Of a DNA stretch of 24,119 nucleotides, positions 15,656-24,119 are shown piece by piece; within the stretch, counting starts at the first letter, position 1, and each line of letters opens with the position of its first letter. The stretch spans positions 1-24,119 of the forward strand of contig DATBXI010000063.1 of NCBI GenBank assembly GCA_036514355.1, read 5' to 3'. Source of the DNA: Desulfuromonadaceae bacterium. GTDB lineage: Bacteria > Desulfobacterota > Desulfuromonadia > Geobacterales > Pseudopelobacteraceae. Below the pieces are notes generated by a model. That model saw only the letters and a program-made list of their open reading frames with translations. It searched no databases and was not told the origin of the DNA. The position numbers and the translations under genes were made by a program.

Positions 15656-15964
15656 GGGCTTCTCCAGGGGAAAGCCTGAACGACGCCAGGCGGCCATATG
15701 GCCGGTAAGGAGTGTAACGTTGCGATACCCGAACAGGCCGAGTAACGCCCTGGCCATCACGGCACGGGGACCAAGTTCGCACAGGGCAACCATCTCGGTA
15801 CGCTTGTCCGCAGGAAGCGCCGCCAGCAGCAGCATGATTTTCCAGATGGGCGCGTGTATCGCCCCGGGTATATGGCCGGCCCTGAATTCAAAACCGGTGC
15901 GGACGTCCACCACGGCGGGGGATTGGCCCCGTGCCATTTTTTCTGCAAGCTCCCTGGGGTGCAT
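15647..15964 (-). CDS. Single-domain rhodanese-like sulfurtransferase
   Basis: VVDVRTGFEFRAGHIPGA, active-site loop CELGPRA, LTGHMAAW. ATG 15964 is best spaced from GAGGA. Confidence 0.85.
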   Translation of the reverse strand: MHPRELAEKMARGQSPAVVDVRTGFEFRAGHIPGAIHAPIWKIMLLLAALPADKRTEMVALCELGPRAVMARALLGLFGYRNVTLLTGHMAAWRRSGFPLEKPGR

Positions 15965-16022
15965 GATCATTCCTCTTGCAAAGCCTCGTTGAGAGGTGAA
16001 TCCTGGAAAGGACTGCCGGCTT

Positions 16023-17570
16023 TCAGCCTTTGTCCCTCCTCATTTCTTGCATCTTTGCCGGTATCTTGCCGAGCATGCCGATTCCCAGTTTTTTCATGAC
16101 AAAGGGGCTTCCCATGAACAGCTTGGTGATGCGCATCAGATAGTCACGCCTGAAGGTCGCTTTCATGGTCATGAATTCTATGATCTTGCCCATGTAAAAG
16201 CGGCGGTAGCAGTCCGCCTGTGCCACTTCGACCTGAAGCATGCTCATGCCGTGGGGTTCGAGGACGGGATCGACCATGTTGTATTTCCCGTAATCGTTGA
16301 TCCGGATATGGGGCTTTAGCTCTGCGTACTCGTCAGAATAGGGCCACGGGGTGTAGATCAGGAAGTTGGCGATATCCGGGCCGTACTGCTGGACCAGCTG
16401 CATGGTCCTCTTGATGCTCGCAGGGGTCTCGTCGGGAAACCCCAGCATGAACGATGCCTCGGATACGATCTCCTGCTCGTGGAGGAGCTCGAAGACCTGT
16501 TTGACGTCTTCTATGACGATCCCTTTTCTCATCGCGTCGAGGAACGCCTGGTCTGCGGCCTCGACCCCGATGGAAATATAGATGATCCCTGCCTTGCGAT
16601 ACTTCCCGAGGATGTCCTTGTCCCGGAGTATGTCCGACCCCCTGGTTTCCATCAAAAGATGAACAGGTATCTCCCTGGCGATGATTGCGTCGAGTAGGGC
16701 CTCCCAATGCTCCCGGTTTCTGGTGGGGTATTCATCGGTAATCAGGAAGGCATTGACGCCGTACCGGGAATACAGGTGCTCCAGTTCGTCGGCCACCTTC
16801 CGGGGGTCACGGGCGCGCCAGGACTTCTCCCAGAACCGTTGCTGGGAGCAGAATACGCAGTCATGGTCGCAGCCGCGGGAGGTGCTGATGGCTCCCAGGC
16901 GGGAACCGGGGATCGCCAGGCAGGTGTAGGTGCTCCACTCGAGGAGATCCCATGCCGCCGGCAGATCGTCGATGCATTCCAGCAGGGGACGCCGGGCGGT
17001 CGTCATTACCGCTCCATCGCGGTTGCGGAAGGCAAGCCCCGGAACCGCGGCAGGATCGCCGCCGGCTTCCAGGACCTCCAACAGGTGCCGGAGGGTGGCC
17101 TCCCCCTCACCGACAACGATGTAGTCGATGGCGGATGACTGCCCCAAGACCTCTTCATACATGAAGGTGGGGTGCACCCCCCCCAGAATGGTGACGGTGT
17201 CCGGCCTGACGCTCTTGGCAAGCTCCAGGGTTTTGGCGGCGTCGTTGATGGTGGCGGTCATGGCGGTGGTGGCGACATAATCTACCCGGGATTCACGCAG
17301 GCGGCGCTCAATGTCCGGATATCCATGCCCCATGGCCATGGCGTCGTAGATCTCGGCGCCCACGTTCGCCTGGCGGGCGGCGCCGGCAAGATAGACCATG
17401 CCGAGCGGTATCCAGCGGCCGGCAACTTCATCGATGCCGCTATGATAGGGGGGAGTCACAAAGAGGATTCTGCTGGGGGGGGCTGTCGTTCCTGTCCGGG
17501 TTTTTCCTGAAGGGGTACTAGTTGTCATCGGTATCCAAATATTACCGTATAATTTTACACACTTTACCAT
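16023..17570 (-). CDS. B12-binding radical SAM protein, BchE-like (paralog 2)
   Basis: PPYHSGIDEVAGRWIPLG, LGGVHPTFMYEEVL, DYIVVGEGE, CxxxCxxC RGCDHDCVFC at 16848-16871, YTPWPYS. Start is 17570 (AGGGG RBS) or 17528. Confidence 0.9.
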   Translation of the reverse strand: MVKCVKLYGNIWIPMTTSTPSGKTRTGTTAPPSRILFVTPPYHSGIDEVAGRWIPLGMVYLAGAARQANVGAEIYDAMAMGHGYPDIERRLRESRVDYVATTAMTATINDAAKTLELAKSVRPDTVTILGGVHPTFMYEEVLGQSSAIDYIVVGEGEATLRHLLEVLEAGGDPAAVPGLAFRNRDGAVMTTARRPLLECIDDLPAAWDLLEWSTYTCLAIPGSRLGAISTSRGCDHDCVFCSQQRFWEKSWRARDPRKVADELEHLYSRYGVNAFLITDEYPTRNREHWEALLDAIIAREIPVHLLMETRGSDILRDKDILGKYRKAGIIYISIGVEAADQAFLDAMRKGIVIEDVKQVFELLHEQEIVSEASFMLGFPDETPASIKRTMQLVQQYGPDIANFLIYTPWPYSDEYAELKPHIRINDYGKYNMVDPVLEPHGMSMLQVEVAQADCYRRFYMGKIIEFMTMKATFRRDYLMRITKLFMGSPFVMKKLGIGMLGKIPAKMQEMRRDKG

Positions 17571-17730
17571 GTCGCCCCTAAATGTTCCATAAAAATGTCG
17601 GCCGGTTGCTTGTGGGTGGCGTGCTATGAAATTACTGGGAACTCCCGTGGTTTGATGATAAACTACCCCCGTTTTTTTGCTTCACAGCAGGTGCAGGAGG
17701 GGAAATCGCGCAGCGGCAAGGCGGAACGAC

Positions 17731-18474
17731 GTGATAAACGGACAGAAGATTGTTGTGGTTTTCCCGGCCTACAATGCCGAGAAGACGCTGGTCAACACCT
17801 GGCAGGAGATCCCGCCCGAAGTGGATGAGATGGTGTTGGTCGATGATTGCAGTAGCGATAAGACGGCGGAGTTGGCCCGACAGCTGGGCATTACCACGGT
17901 GGTGCATGAAGCCAATACCGGCTATGGGGGCAATCAGAAGACCTGCTACCGGACCGCACTGGAATTGGGTGCCGACATCGTGGTGATGGTTCATCCGGAT
18001 TATCAGTACACTCCCCGCCTGGTTACGGCCATGGCTGCCATGATTGCGTACGGTGAGTTCGACGCCGTGCTCGCTTCCCGCATTCTCGGGACCGGTGCCC
18101 TTAAAGGCGGCATGCCCCTCTACAAGTACATTGCCAACCGTTTTCTGACCTTTGCGGAAAACATCCTGCTCGGCCAGAAGTTCTCCGAATATCATACCGG
18201 CTACCGCGCCTTTTCCCGCCATGTGCTGGAGCGGCTGCCGCTGGACGCCAATTCTGATGACTTCGTTTTTGACAACCAGATGATCGCCCAGTTGGTCTGG
18301 TTCGATTTCAGGGTCGGCGAGCTGTCCTGCCCCACCAAGTATTTCAGGGAAGCGTCCTCCATCAATTTCCGCCGCAGCGTCATCTACGGTTTCGGTGTGC
18401 TCGGCACGGCAATCACATTCCGGCTCAACAAATGGGGATTGGCGTCAACGCCCCACTACCGGCGGAACGGATGA
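17731..18474 (+). CDS. Glycosyltransferase family 2 (DPM1-like)
   Basis: [38 protein letters not shown] start at 17731. Confidence 0.88.
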   Translation: MINGQKIVVVFPAYNAEKTLVNTWQEIPPEVDEMVLVDDCSSDKTAELARQLGITTVVHEANTGYGGNQKTCYRTALELGADIVVMVHPDYQYTPRLVTAMAAMIAYGEFDAVLASRILGTGALKGGMPLYKYIANRFLTFAENILLGQKFSEYHTGYRAFSRHVLERLPLDANSDDFVFDNQMIAQLVWFDFRVGELSCPTKYFREASSINFRRSVIYGFGVLGTAITFRLNKWGLASTPHYRRNG

Positions 18475-19463
18475 AGCTCATCATCCAGATACCATGCTTC
18501 AACGAGGCGGAGACACTGCCGGTCACCCTTGCGGAGCTCCCCCGCGCAGTGCCCGGCTTCGATGCCGTGGAATGGCTGATCATCAACGACGGCAGCACCG
18601 ACGACACCCTCGGGGTTGCGCGGAAACACGGCGTCGATCATGTTATCAGCTTTACAAAGAACCAGGGGCTGGCGGGGGCCTTTCTCGCCGGGCTGGATGG
18701 ATGCGTCAAGCTGGGCGCCGATGTCATTGTCAATACGGATGCCGATAACCAGTACCTGGCGGCCGATATTCCCGCGCTGATCGCCCCCATCCTGGCGGGC
18801 AAAGCGGATGTGGTCATCGGTGCCCGCCCCATCAACGAAATCCGGTCCTTTTCGCTGGTGAAGAAGCTGTTGCAAAAGGCCGGCAGCTCGGTGGTGCGCT
18901 TCGTCAGCAAGACAGGCATCCCCGATGCCCCCAGCGGCTTTCGGGCCATGACCCGGGAAGCGGCCATGCGTTTGAATGTGTTTAACGACTACACCTACAC
19001 CCTGGAAACAGTCATCCAGGCCGGGCAGAAAAACATCGCCATCACCTCCGTGCCGGTGCGGGTCAACAACGCTCTGCGCCCCTCACGGCTGGTAAAAAGC
19101 ATATCCTCGTATATCAGGAAATCGCTGGTCACGATCGTCAGAATTTTCGTCGTGTACAAGGCCTTCAGATTCTTCATGTCGGTGGGGGTGACGGTATTGT
19201 CCCTCGGGTTGCTGGGAGGGATCAGGTACCTGTACTACTACGCCACGGGCGCTGGCGCTGGACATGTGCAATCGCTGATTCTGGCTTCCATACTCGTCGG
19301 CGTTGGTTTCCAGACCATGCTGACCGCGTTTCTCGCCGATCTTCTGGCGGTCAACCGCCGGCTCATGGAGGATATCCAGTATAGAGTCAAGAAGCTGGAG
19401 TTTCCCGGAGCCGCGGACAGACATCCGGATAACGTCATCCTGGAAATGAGAGAGCGCCCGTGA
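18471..19463 (+). CDS. Glycosyltransferase family 2 with C-terminal TM helices
   Basis: [33 protein letters not shown] and two C-terminal TMs. ATGA overlap with the previous gene. Confidence 0.88.
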   Translation: MKLIIQIPCFNEAETLPVTLAELPRAVPGFDAVEWLIINDGSTDDTLGVARKHGVDHVISFTKNQGLAGAFLAGLDGCVKLGADVIVNTDADNQYLAADIPALIAPILAGKADVVIGARPINEIRSFSLVKKLLQKAGSSVVRFVSKTGIPDAPSGFRAMTREAAMRLNVFNDYTYTLETVIQAGQKNIAITSVPVRVNNALRPSRLVKSISSYIRKSLVTIVRIFVVYKAFRFFMSVGVTVLSLGLLGGIRYLYYYATGAGAGHVQSLILASILVGVGFQTMLTAFLADLLAVNRRLMEDIQYRVKKLEFPGAADRHPDNVILEMRERP

Positions 19464-20494
19464 TGACCCATTGTCCAGATATGTCGACCTCTGCTCAAAA
19501 ACGGGCATTGATTTGCGGGATATCCGGCCAGGACGGGGCATACCTGGCCCGTCTGCTGCTTGGCAAGGGCTATGAGGTATTCGGGACGGCACGAGATGCC
19601 CAGATGTCGTTGTTCTCAAACCTGCATGCGCTGGGCATACGAGATCGCATTACGGTCATCTCCATGGCGCCGAACGATTTCAGAAGCGTATTGCAGGTGC
19701 TCACGAAGGTAAAGCCAGACGAAATATATAACCTGTCAGGCCAGAGTTCCGTCAGCCTGTCGTTCGATCAGCCGGTGGAGACCCTTGAGAGCATAAGCAT
19801 CGGGGCCCTCAATCTGCTGGAAGCCATGCGGTTCATAGGTCTCCCCATCAGGTTGTACAATGCGGGTTCCAGCGAATGTTTCGGAAACACAAACGGCGTG
19901 CCGGCTGATGAGAATACTCCTTTTCGCCCCCGCAGTCCCTATGCGGTAGCCAAGGCCACGGCATACTGGGAAGTGGCAAACTACCGTGACGCGTATAACC
20001 TTTTCGCATGCACGGGTATACTCTTCAACCACGAATCTCCGCTCCGCCCGGAACGATTCGTCACCCGGAAGATCGTAGCTACTGCCCGCAGGATTGCTGC
20101 CGGCAGTCCGGAAAAACTCCATTTGGGGAATATCGGCATTGCGCGCGACTGGGGATGGGCGCCTGAGTACGTTGAAGCCATGTGGTTGATGCTCCAGCAG
20201 GATACGCCGGAGGATTATGTCATTGCCACCGGTGAAACCAACACCCTGGAAGACTTCATTTTCGAAGCATTTTCCCGCATGGGGCTGGATTGGAGGGATT
20301 TTGTGGTCCATGATCCCGCCCTGCTGCGCCCATCCGAAATAACAACCAGCCAGGCCAACCCGGAAGTTGCGGCGACAAGGTTGGGGTGGCGCGCACAGTA
20401 CAAGATGCGGGATGTGGTCTCCATGATGCTGAACTCCGCCGATGTCGTGCACCATTCATCTAGCGTCTCAGAGACGATCCCCCTTGATGCGTGA
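19460..20494 (+). CDS. gmd: GDP-mannose 4,6-dehydratase
   Basis: GISGQDGAYLA, PDEIYNLSGQSSV, SSECFG, PRSPYAVAK, GILFNHESP.R...FVTRKI, RDWG.A. Start could be 19460, 19463 or 19481. Confidence 0.9.
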   Translation: MMTHCPDMSTSAQKRALICGISGQDGAYLARLLLGKGYEVFGTARDAQMSLFSNLHALGIRDRITVISMAPNDFRSVLQVLTKVKPDEIYNLSGQSSVSLSFDQPVETLESISIGALNLLEAMRFIGLPIRLYNAGSSECFGNTNGVPADENTPFRPRSPYAVAKATAYWEVANYRDAYNLFACTGILFNHESPLRPERFVTRKIVATARRIAAGSPEKLHLGNIGIARDWGWAPEYVEAMWLMLQQDTPEDYVIATGETNTLEDFIFEAFSRMGLDWRDFVVHDPALLRPSEITTSQANPEVAATRLGWRAQYKMRDVVSMMLNSADVVHHSSSVSETIPLDA

Positions 20495-20551
20495 TCCTTT
20501 CCACAGCAGTAGTTATTGCAGTCCGATCCCGACGTGTGGCAGCCATAGTCT

Positions 20552-21604
20552 ATGAGAACGGGAGTCATTACCTATGATTTCTTCCCGCTGATCGGCGGCA
20601 TCGGCAGGCTCACCTATACGATGTATTGCGAGCTGAAGCAGAGGGATGTCCTGTTTTTTTCTCCTGCCGACAATGGGTTGCCCGGCCATGTTCGCGTGAA
20701 TTTCTGGGCGATCCGCCTTTTCAAGCAGGTAGGGGTTTCGCTCTGGCTCTACGTTAATGCCCATCGAATCATTGCCTCCCACAACCTGGGCAAATTGAAC
20801 ATCCATGCCGGTCCAGGCGGGGTCTTTCTCCTCCGCAGGCTGCCGATCCCGGTAATCGTCACCTGTCACCATACCTATTGGCAGCAATATACCTACATCA
20901 AATCACAATTCTGGAAACGTATCTTCCTGCCGTTCGAAAAGCTGACCTTCCGCCTTGCCGATTCAATAGTAAGCGACTGCGAGGATACGAAACGGGTGCT
21001 GATCGAGCGGTATGCCATTCCTGCAGAGAAAATTTCCGTCATCCAGTGTGCCGTGGATACGGGGAAATTCCATTTCATGGATCTGCCCAAAAACAAGAAC
21101 TCCGTCCTCTATATCGGCCGCATCGCCAAGAGAAAAGGGATCGATTTTCTCATCCGCAGCATGCCGCTCGTTGTCCAACAGATTCCGGATGTCCAGCTTC
21201 TCGTGGGTGGCAAAGGGGCCTATCTGGAAAGGATGAAATCCCTGGTCGGTCGATTGGGGTTGGAAGGCAATGTCACCTTTCTCGGCTTTGTTCCCGATGA
21301 GCAGTTGAATGAGCTCTACAATCGGGCCCAGTGCGTGGTCGTCCCGTCTGTATTCGAAGGGTTCGGCATCACCGTCATCGAAGCCCTGGCAGCCGGGACC
21401 CGCGTGGTGGGTACCGATACGGACGGCATCCGGGAAATCCTGCAGAGCGGCGACTATGGCAGACTGGCGCCCTATGGCGACCACCGCGCCCTGGCGGAGG
21501 CCATTGTCGCCGAGCTGCGGTCCCCTCGAAAGGCCGGCGAACTGCATCCGGCATACCGGATCGAGACGCTCAGGCGACGCTACCTGGAAGTGCTGGAAGG
21601 GTGA
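20552..21604 (+). CDS. Glycosyltransferase family 4
   Basis: YIGRIAKRKGIDFLI, VPSVFEGFGITVIEALAAG (EX7E), GIREIL. Confidence 0.9.
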   Translation: MRTGVITYDFFPLIGGIGRLTYTMYCELKQRDVLFFSPADNGLPGHVRVNFWAIRLFKQVGVSLWLYVNAHRIIASHNLGKLNIHAGPGGVFLLRRLPIPVIVTCHHTYWQQYTYIKSQFWKRIFLPFEKLTFRLADSIVSDCEDTKRVLIERYAIPAEKISVIQCAVDTGKFHFMDLPKNKNSVLYIGRIAKRKGIDFLIRSMPLVVQQIPDVQLLVGGKGAYLERMKSLVGRLGLEGNVTFLGFVPDEQLNELYNRAQCVVVPSVFEGFGITVIEALAAGTRVVGTDTDGIREILQSGDYGRLAPYGDHRALAEAIVAELRSPRKAGELHPAYRIETLRRRYLEVLEG

Positions 21605-21644
21605 GTTATTCCTCGTTTTTATTTGGCCTTTCTCCATTTTTTCA

Positions 21645-21653
21645 TGATAAAAT
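21645..21653 (+). promoter_or_regulatory. Possible internal extended -10 promoter for wzm-wzt
   Basis: TG-A-TAAAAT in an AT-rich 109-nt gap before wzm. Confidence 0.35.
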
Positions 21654-21713
21654 CAATCGGTTCAGTCCCGTCACCACCGTGGTGCGGTTACCACTTTCGC
21701 CGGAAAGTCGCCA

Positions 21714-22577
21714 ATGAACGAAACCGACACACCCGACACAGGCCGGTGGACCACCATCCTCACGTCGCGCAGCGGCTGGCTGGACCTGCGCCTGAAGGAC
21801 CTCTGGGAGTACCGGGATCTTATCCGCCTGTTCGTCCGTCGCGATTTCGTCTCCATCTACAAACAGACCATCCTCGGACCAGCCTGGTTCCTGCTGCAGC
21901 CGCTCGTGTCGACCATCATCTTCACCATCATCTTCGGCAACATCGCCCATATCCCGACAGACGGCATACCGCAACCGCTCTTCTACCTGGGCGGGATCGT
22001 TGCCTGGAACTATTTTGCCGGCTGTCTGAACCGCACCTCCGACACCTTTGTCGCCAATGCGGGGATCTTCGGCAAGGTCTACTTTCCGCGGCTTGCGGTC
22101 CCCGTGTCGATAGTCATCATCAACCTGCTCACCTTTGCCATCCAATTCGCCCTGTTTCTCGCCATCATGGGATTTTTCATGGTCAGAGGGGCGGATGTCC
22201 ACCCGAACGGCTGGGTGCTGCTCACCCCCCTGCTGCTCCTGCAAATGGGGGCGCTTGGGCTCGGCCTGGGCATCCTGATCTCCTCGCTCACCACCAAATA
22301 CCGTGATCTGACGTTCGTTACCGGCTTCGGCGTGCAACTCTGGATGTACGCAAGCCCCATCGTCTACCCCATGTCCCAGGTCCCGGCCAAATGGCAGTGG
22401 CTCTATGCCGTGAATCCGGTGGCGGCCATAGTCGAGACGTTCCGCCACGCCTTTCTCGGGGCAGGGTCAGTCGACCTCTGGCGCCTCGGTCTCAGCGCTG
22501 GGATCACGTTACTGCTTCTCCTGTGCGGAATCGTTACCTTCAGCCGTGTGGAGAAAACATTTATGGACACGGTCTGA
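21714..22577 (+). CDS. wzm: Polysaccharide ABC-2 transporter permease
   Basis: RDFVSIYKQTILGPAWFLLQP, KVYFPR, YRDL, WMYASPIVYP, NPVAAIVETFR. Confidence 0.9.
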   Translation: MNETDTPDTGRWTTILTSRSGWLDLRLKDLWEYRDLIRLFVRRDFVSIYKQTILGPAWFLLQPLVSTIIFTIIFGNIAHIPTDGIPQPLFYLGGIVAWNYFAGCLNRTSDTFVANAGIFGKVYFPRLAVPVSIVIINLLTFAIQFALFLAIMGFFMVRGADVHPNGWVLLTPLLLLQMGALGLGLGILISSLTTKYRDLTFVTGFGVQLWMYASPIVYPMSQVPAKWQWLYAVNPVAAIVETFRHAFLGAGSVDLWRLGLSAGITLLLLLCGIVTFSRVEKTFMDTV

Positions 22578-22581
22578 TTGC

Positions 22582-23862
22582 ATGGGCGACATCGTAATCC
22601 GCGTGGAAAACCTGACAAAAGAATACCGCCTCGGCACCATCAGCCACGGTACCCTGAAGGAAGACCTGCAGAGCTGGTGGGCACGGCTGTGGGGCAAGGA
22701 GGATCCCAACTCCATTGTCTCCCATCCCTCCACACCCCGTTACTCCCAACCGGATCAGAATCCCCGTTTCCTTGCCCTGGACGACGTCTCCTTCGACGTC
22801 ACGCAAGGTGAGGCGATCGGGATCATCGGACGTAACGGCGCCGGTAAATCGACCCTGCTCAAGATCCTTTCCCGTGTGACGGCCCCCACCAGTGGAGTGG
22901 TGAAGATTAGAGGGAGGGTGGCGAGCCTGCTGGAGGTCGGGACCGGTTTTCACCCGGAGTTGACAGGGCGGGAGAACATTTTTCTCAACGGCACAATCCT
23001 CGGCATGAAGCGGCCGGAGATTGTGCGGAAATTCGACGAGATCGTCGCCTTTGCCGAGATTGACCAGTTCATCGACACGCCGGTGAAACGCTATTCCTCG
23101 GGGATGTACGTACGGCTCGCGTTTGCGGTGGCAGCACATCTGGAGCCGGAGATACTCATTGTTGACGAGGTGCTGGCGGTAGGAGATGCGTCATTTCAGA
23201 AGAAGTGCCTGGGCAAGATGGGAGAGGTGGGCAAGCAAGGCCGGACAGTACTGTTCGTCAGCCACAATATGGGTGCCGTTGTCAGGTTATGTCAAACAAG
23301 TATCTGGCTCGATGCCGGCAAGATAATGGGGGTGGGTGAGTCAACCGAGGTTGTTCAGCACTATCAGTCTCAAAATGTGAGAGCTTGTGCAAGTTGGACG
23401 CGGCCGGCTCAGATGGAGAGTAATAACAGCTTGATTTTTGAATCCATTGAAATCAAAAAGAACAATGGTCCTGTTGCTGCCGTCTTCGAAGCCGACGAAC
23501 CGGTGCTTGTTGCAATAACATATCTAGTCAAAACAGATCTTGTAGGATGTCAAATTGGGGTTCGCGTTTACAATTCCGAAGGGGTGGTTGTGTTTTCCAC
23601 AGCAGACTCAGATGATACTGATGTGTCGGCTTTGCCGAAAGATAAGGGTGAATATTTGACTCGCTTTACGATACCTGCTGACTATCTGATGCCGGGAAGT
23701 TACTATCTCTCAGTCAGTGCTCACCTTCCGCATAGAACACTATACGAAACGGTAGAGCAACCTGTAACTTTTAATATATCGACGGCTGGTTGGATTGGAG
23801 CGTATGACGGGAGGCTCGGGGTGGTTTCTCCCAAAATTATTTGGGAAGTTTATAGGCAATAA
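22582..23862 (+). CDS. wzt: Polysaccharide ABC transporter ATPase with C-terminal carbohydrate-binding domain
   Basis: GRNGAGKSTLLK, GTGFHPELTGRENI, PVKRYSSGMYVRLAFA, DEVLAVGD, FVSH, then a beta-rich Wzt_C-type domain. ATG 22582. Confidence 0.92.
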   Translation: MGDIVIRVENLTKEYRLGTISHGTLKEDLQSWWARLWGKEDPNSIVSHPSTPRYSQPDQNPRFLALDDVSFDVTQGEAIGIIGRNGAGKSTLLKILSRVTAPTSGVVKIRGRVASLLEVGTGFHPELTGRENIFLNGTILGMKRPEIVRKFDEIVAFAEIDQFIDTPVKRYSSGMYVRLAFAVAAHLEPEILIVDEVLAVGDASFQKKCLGKMGEVGKQGRTVLFVSHNMGAVVRLCQTSIWLDAGKIMGVGESTEVVQHYQSQNVRACASWTRPAQMESNNSLIFESIEIKKNNGPVAAVFEADEPVLVAITYLVKTDLVGCQIGVRVYNSEGVVVFSTADSDDTDVSALPKDKGEYLTRFTIPADYLMPGSYYLSVSAHLPHRTLYETVEQPVTFNISTAGWIGAYDGRLGVVSPKIIWEVYRQ

Positions 23863-23933
23863 GCAATGCTATCTGTATTGTTCAGAGCGTATACCATGCC
23901 TGGGCAAAGGCAAACAAAATATAGCGATATCTC

Positions 23934-24119
23934 ATGAAAAAAATCCTTATCTTTCGCCCGGACAATATCGGCGACGTGGTTTTGTTCAGCGGCGCGTTGA
24001 AACACATCCGCAGTCTCTATCCCGATGCCTGCATTACGATTGCCGTGCAGCCGCATATCATTGATCTGATCGCGCTCTGCCCGTACGTGGACGCCTGCAT
24101 ATCGATTGACCGGATCAAC
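23934..24119 (+). CDS. 3'-truncated glycosyltransferase family 9 (heptosyltransferase-like)
   Basis: MKKILIFRPDNIGDVVL...LKHIRSLYPDACIT...LCPYVD is a GT9 N-terminal signature. The frame runs off the window end and is absent from the ORF track. Confidence 0.8.
   Translation, partial: MKKILIFRPDNIGDVVLFSGALKHIRSLYPDACITIAVQPHIIDLIALCPYVDACISIDRIN

Noticed and set aside
12157-17570. Assigning the gene symbol bchE or inferring phototrophy
   Set aside because: No other (bacterio)chlorophyll or reaction-centre gene is in the window; family similarity does not establish the same reaction.
17610-17625. ops/JUMPstart-like GTGGGTGGCGTG upstream of the glycosyltransferase cluster
   Set aside because: Only 9 of 12 bases match GGCGGTAGCGTG, including a mismatch at the key TAG; no RfaH-like gene is in the window.
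21642-22448. 268-aa minus-strand ORF and the 227-aa + ORF at 21623-22306
   Set aside because: Shadows of wzm.
1-24119. Mobile elements, prophage, CRISPR, tRNA, rRNA
   Set aside because: No transposase, integrase or phage ORF, no regularly spaced direct repeats, and no cloverleaf or rRNA-like stretch seen.

Overview
The window looks like a Geobacteraceae (Desulfuromonadales) chromosome segment; this is inferred from gene content, mainly a porin-multiheme cytochrome operon. It has four blocks. (1) 2-5742: mixed conserved genes (partial GNAT-like protein, TPR protein, a 33-aa membrane peptide absent from the ORF track, membrane protein, MlaF-like ABC ATPase, ABC-type substrate-binding protein, lone receiver domain, Smr protein, DUF4124 protein). 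(2) 6036-9044: a putative sigma-54 promoter, then an ExtBCD-like porin, 5-heme lipoprotein and multiheme lipoprotein, closed by a perfect 22-bp hairpin. The last cytochrome has five CXXCH, one CX4CH and two CX11CH motifs, and no periplasmic ExtA-like gene lies upstream. (3) 9146-17570: an NrfJ-like lipoprotein, a DUF3108 protein, a TlpA-type thioredoxin whose CXXC is contracted to vicinal CC, an HsmA-like membrane protein, and two BchE-like B12 radical SAM paralogs bracketing an OmpR/BaeS-type two-component pair and a rhodanese. (4) 17731-24119: a surface polysaccharide cluster (GT2, GT2, gmd, GT4, wzm, wzt, partial GT9), with a GC drop in the Wzt C-terminal domain. The leading hypothesis, which is inference only, is that blocks 2-3 form a heme/tetrapyrrole-tailoring or cytochrome-maturation neighbourhood. 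No rRNA, tRNA, CRISPR array, integrase or transposase was seen. All family assignments come from motif recognition by eye, not database searches.
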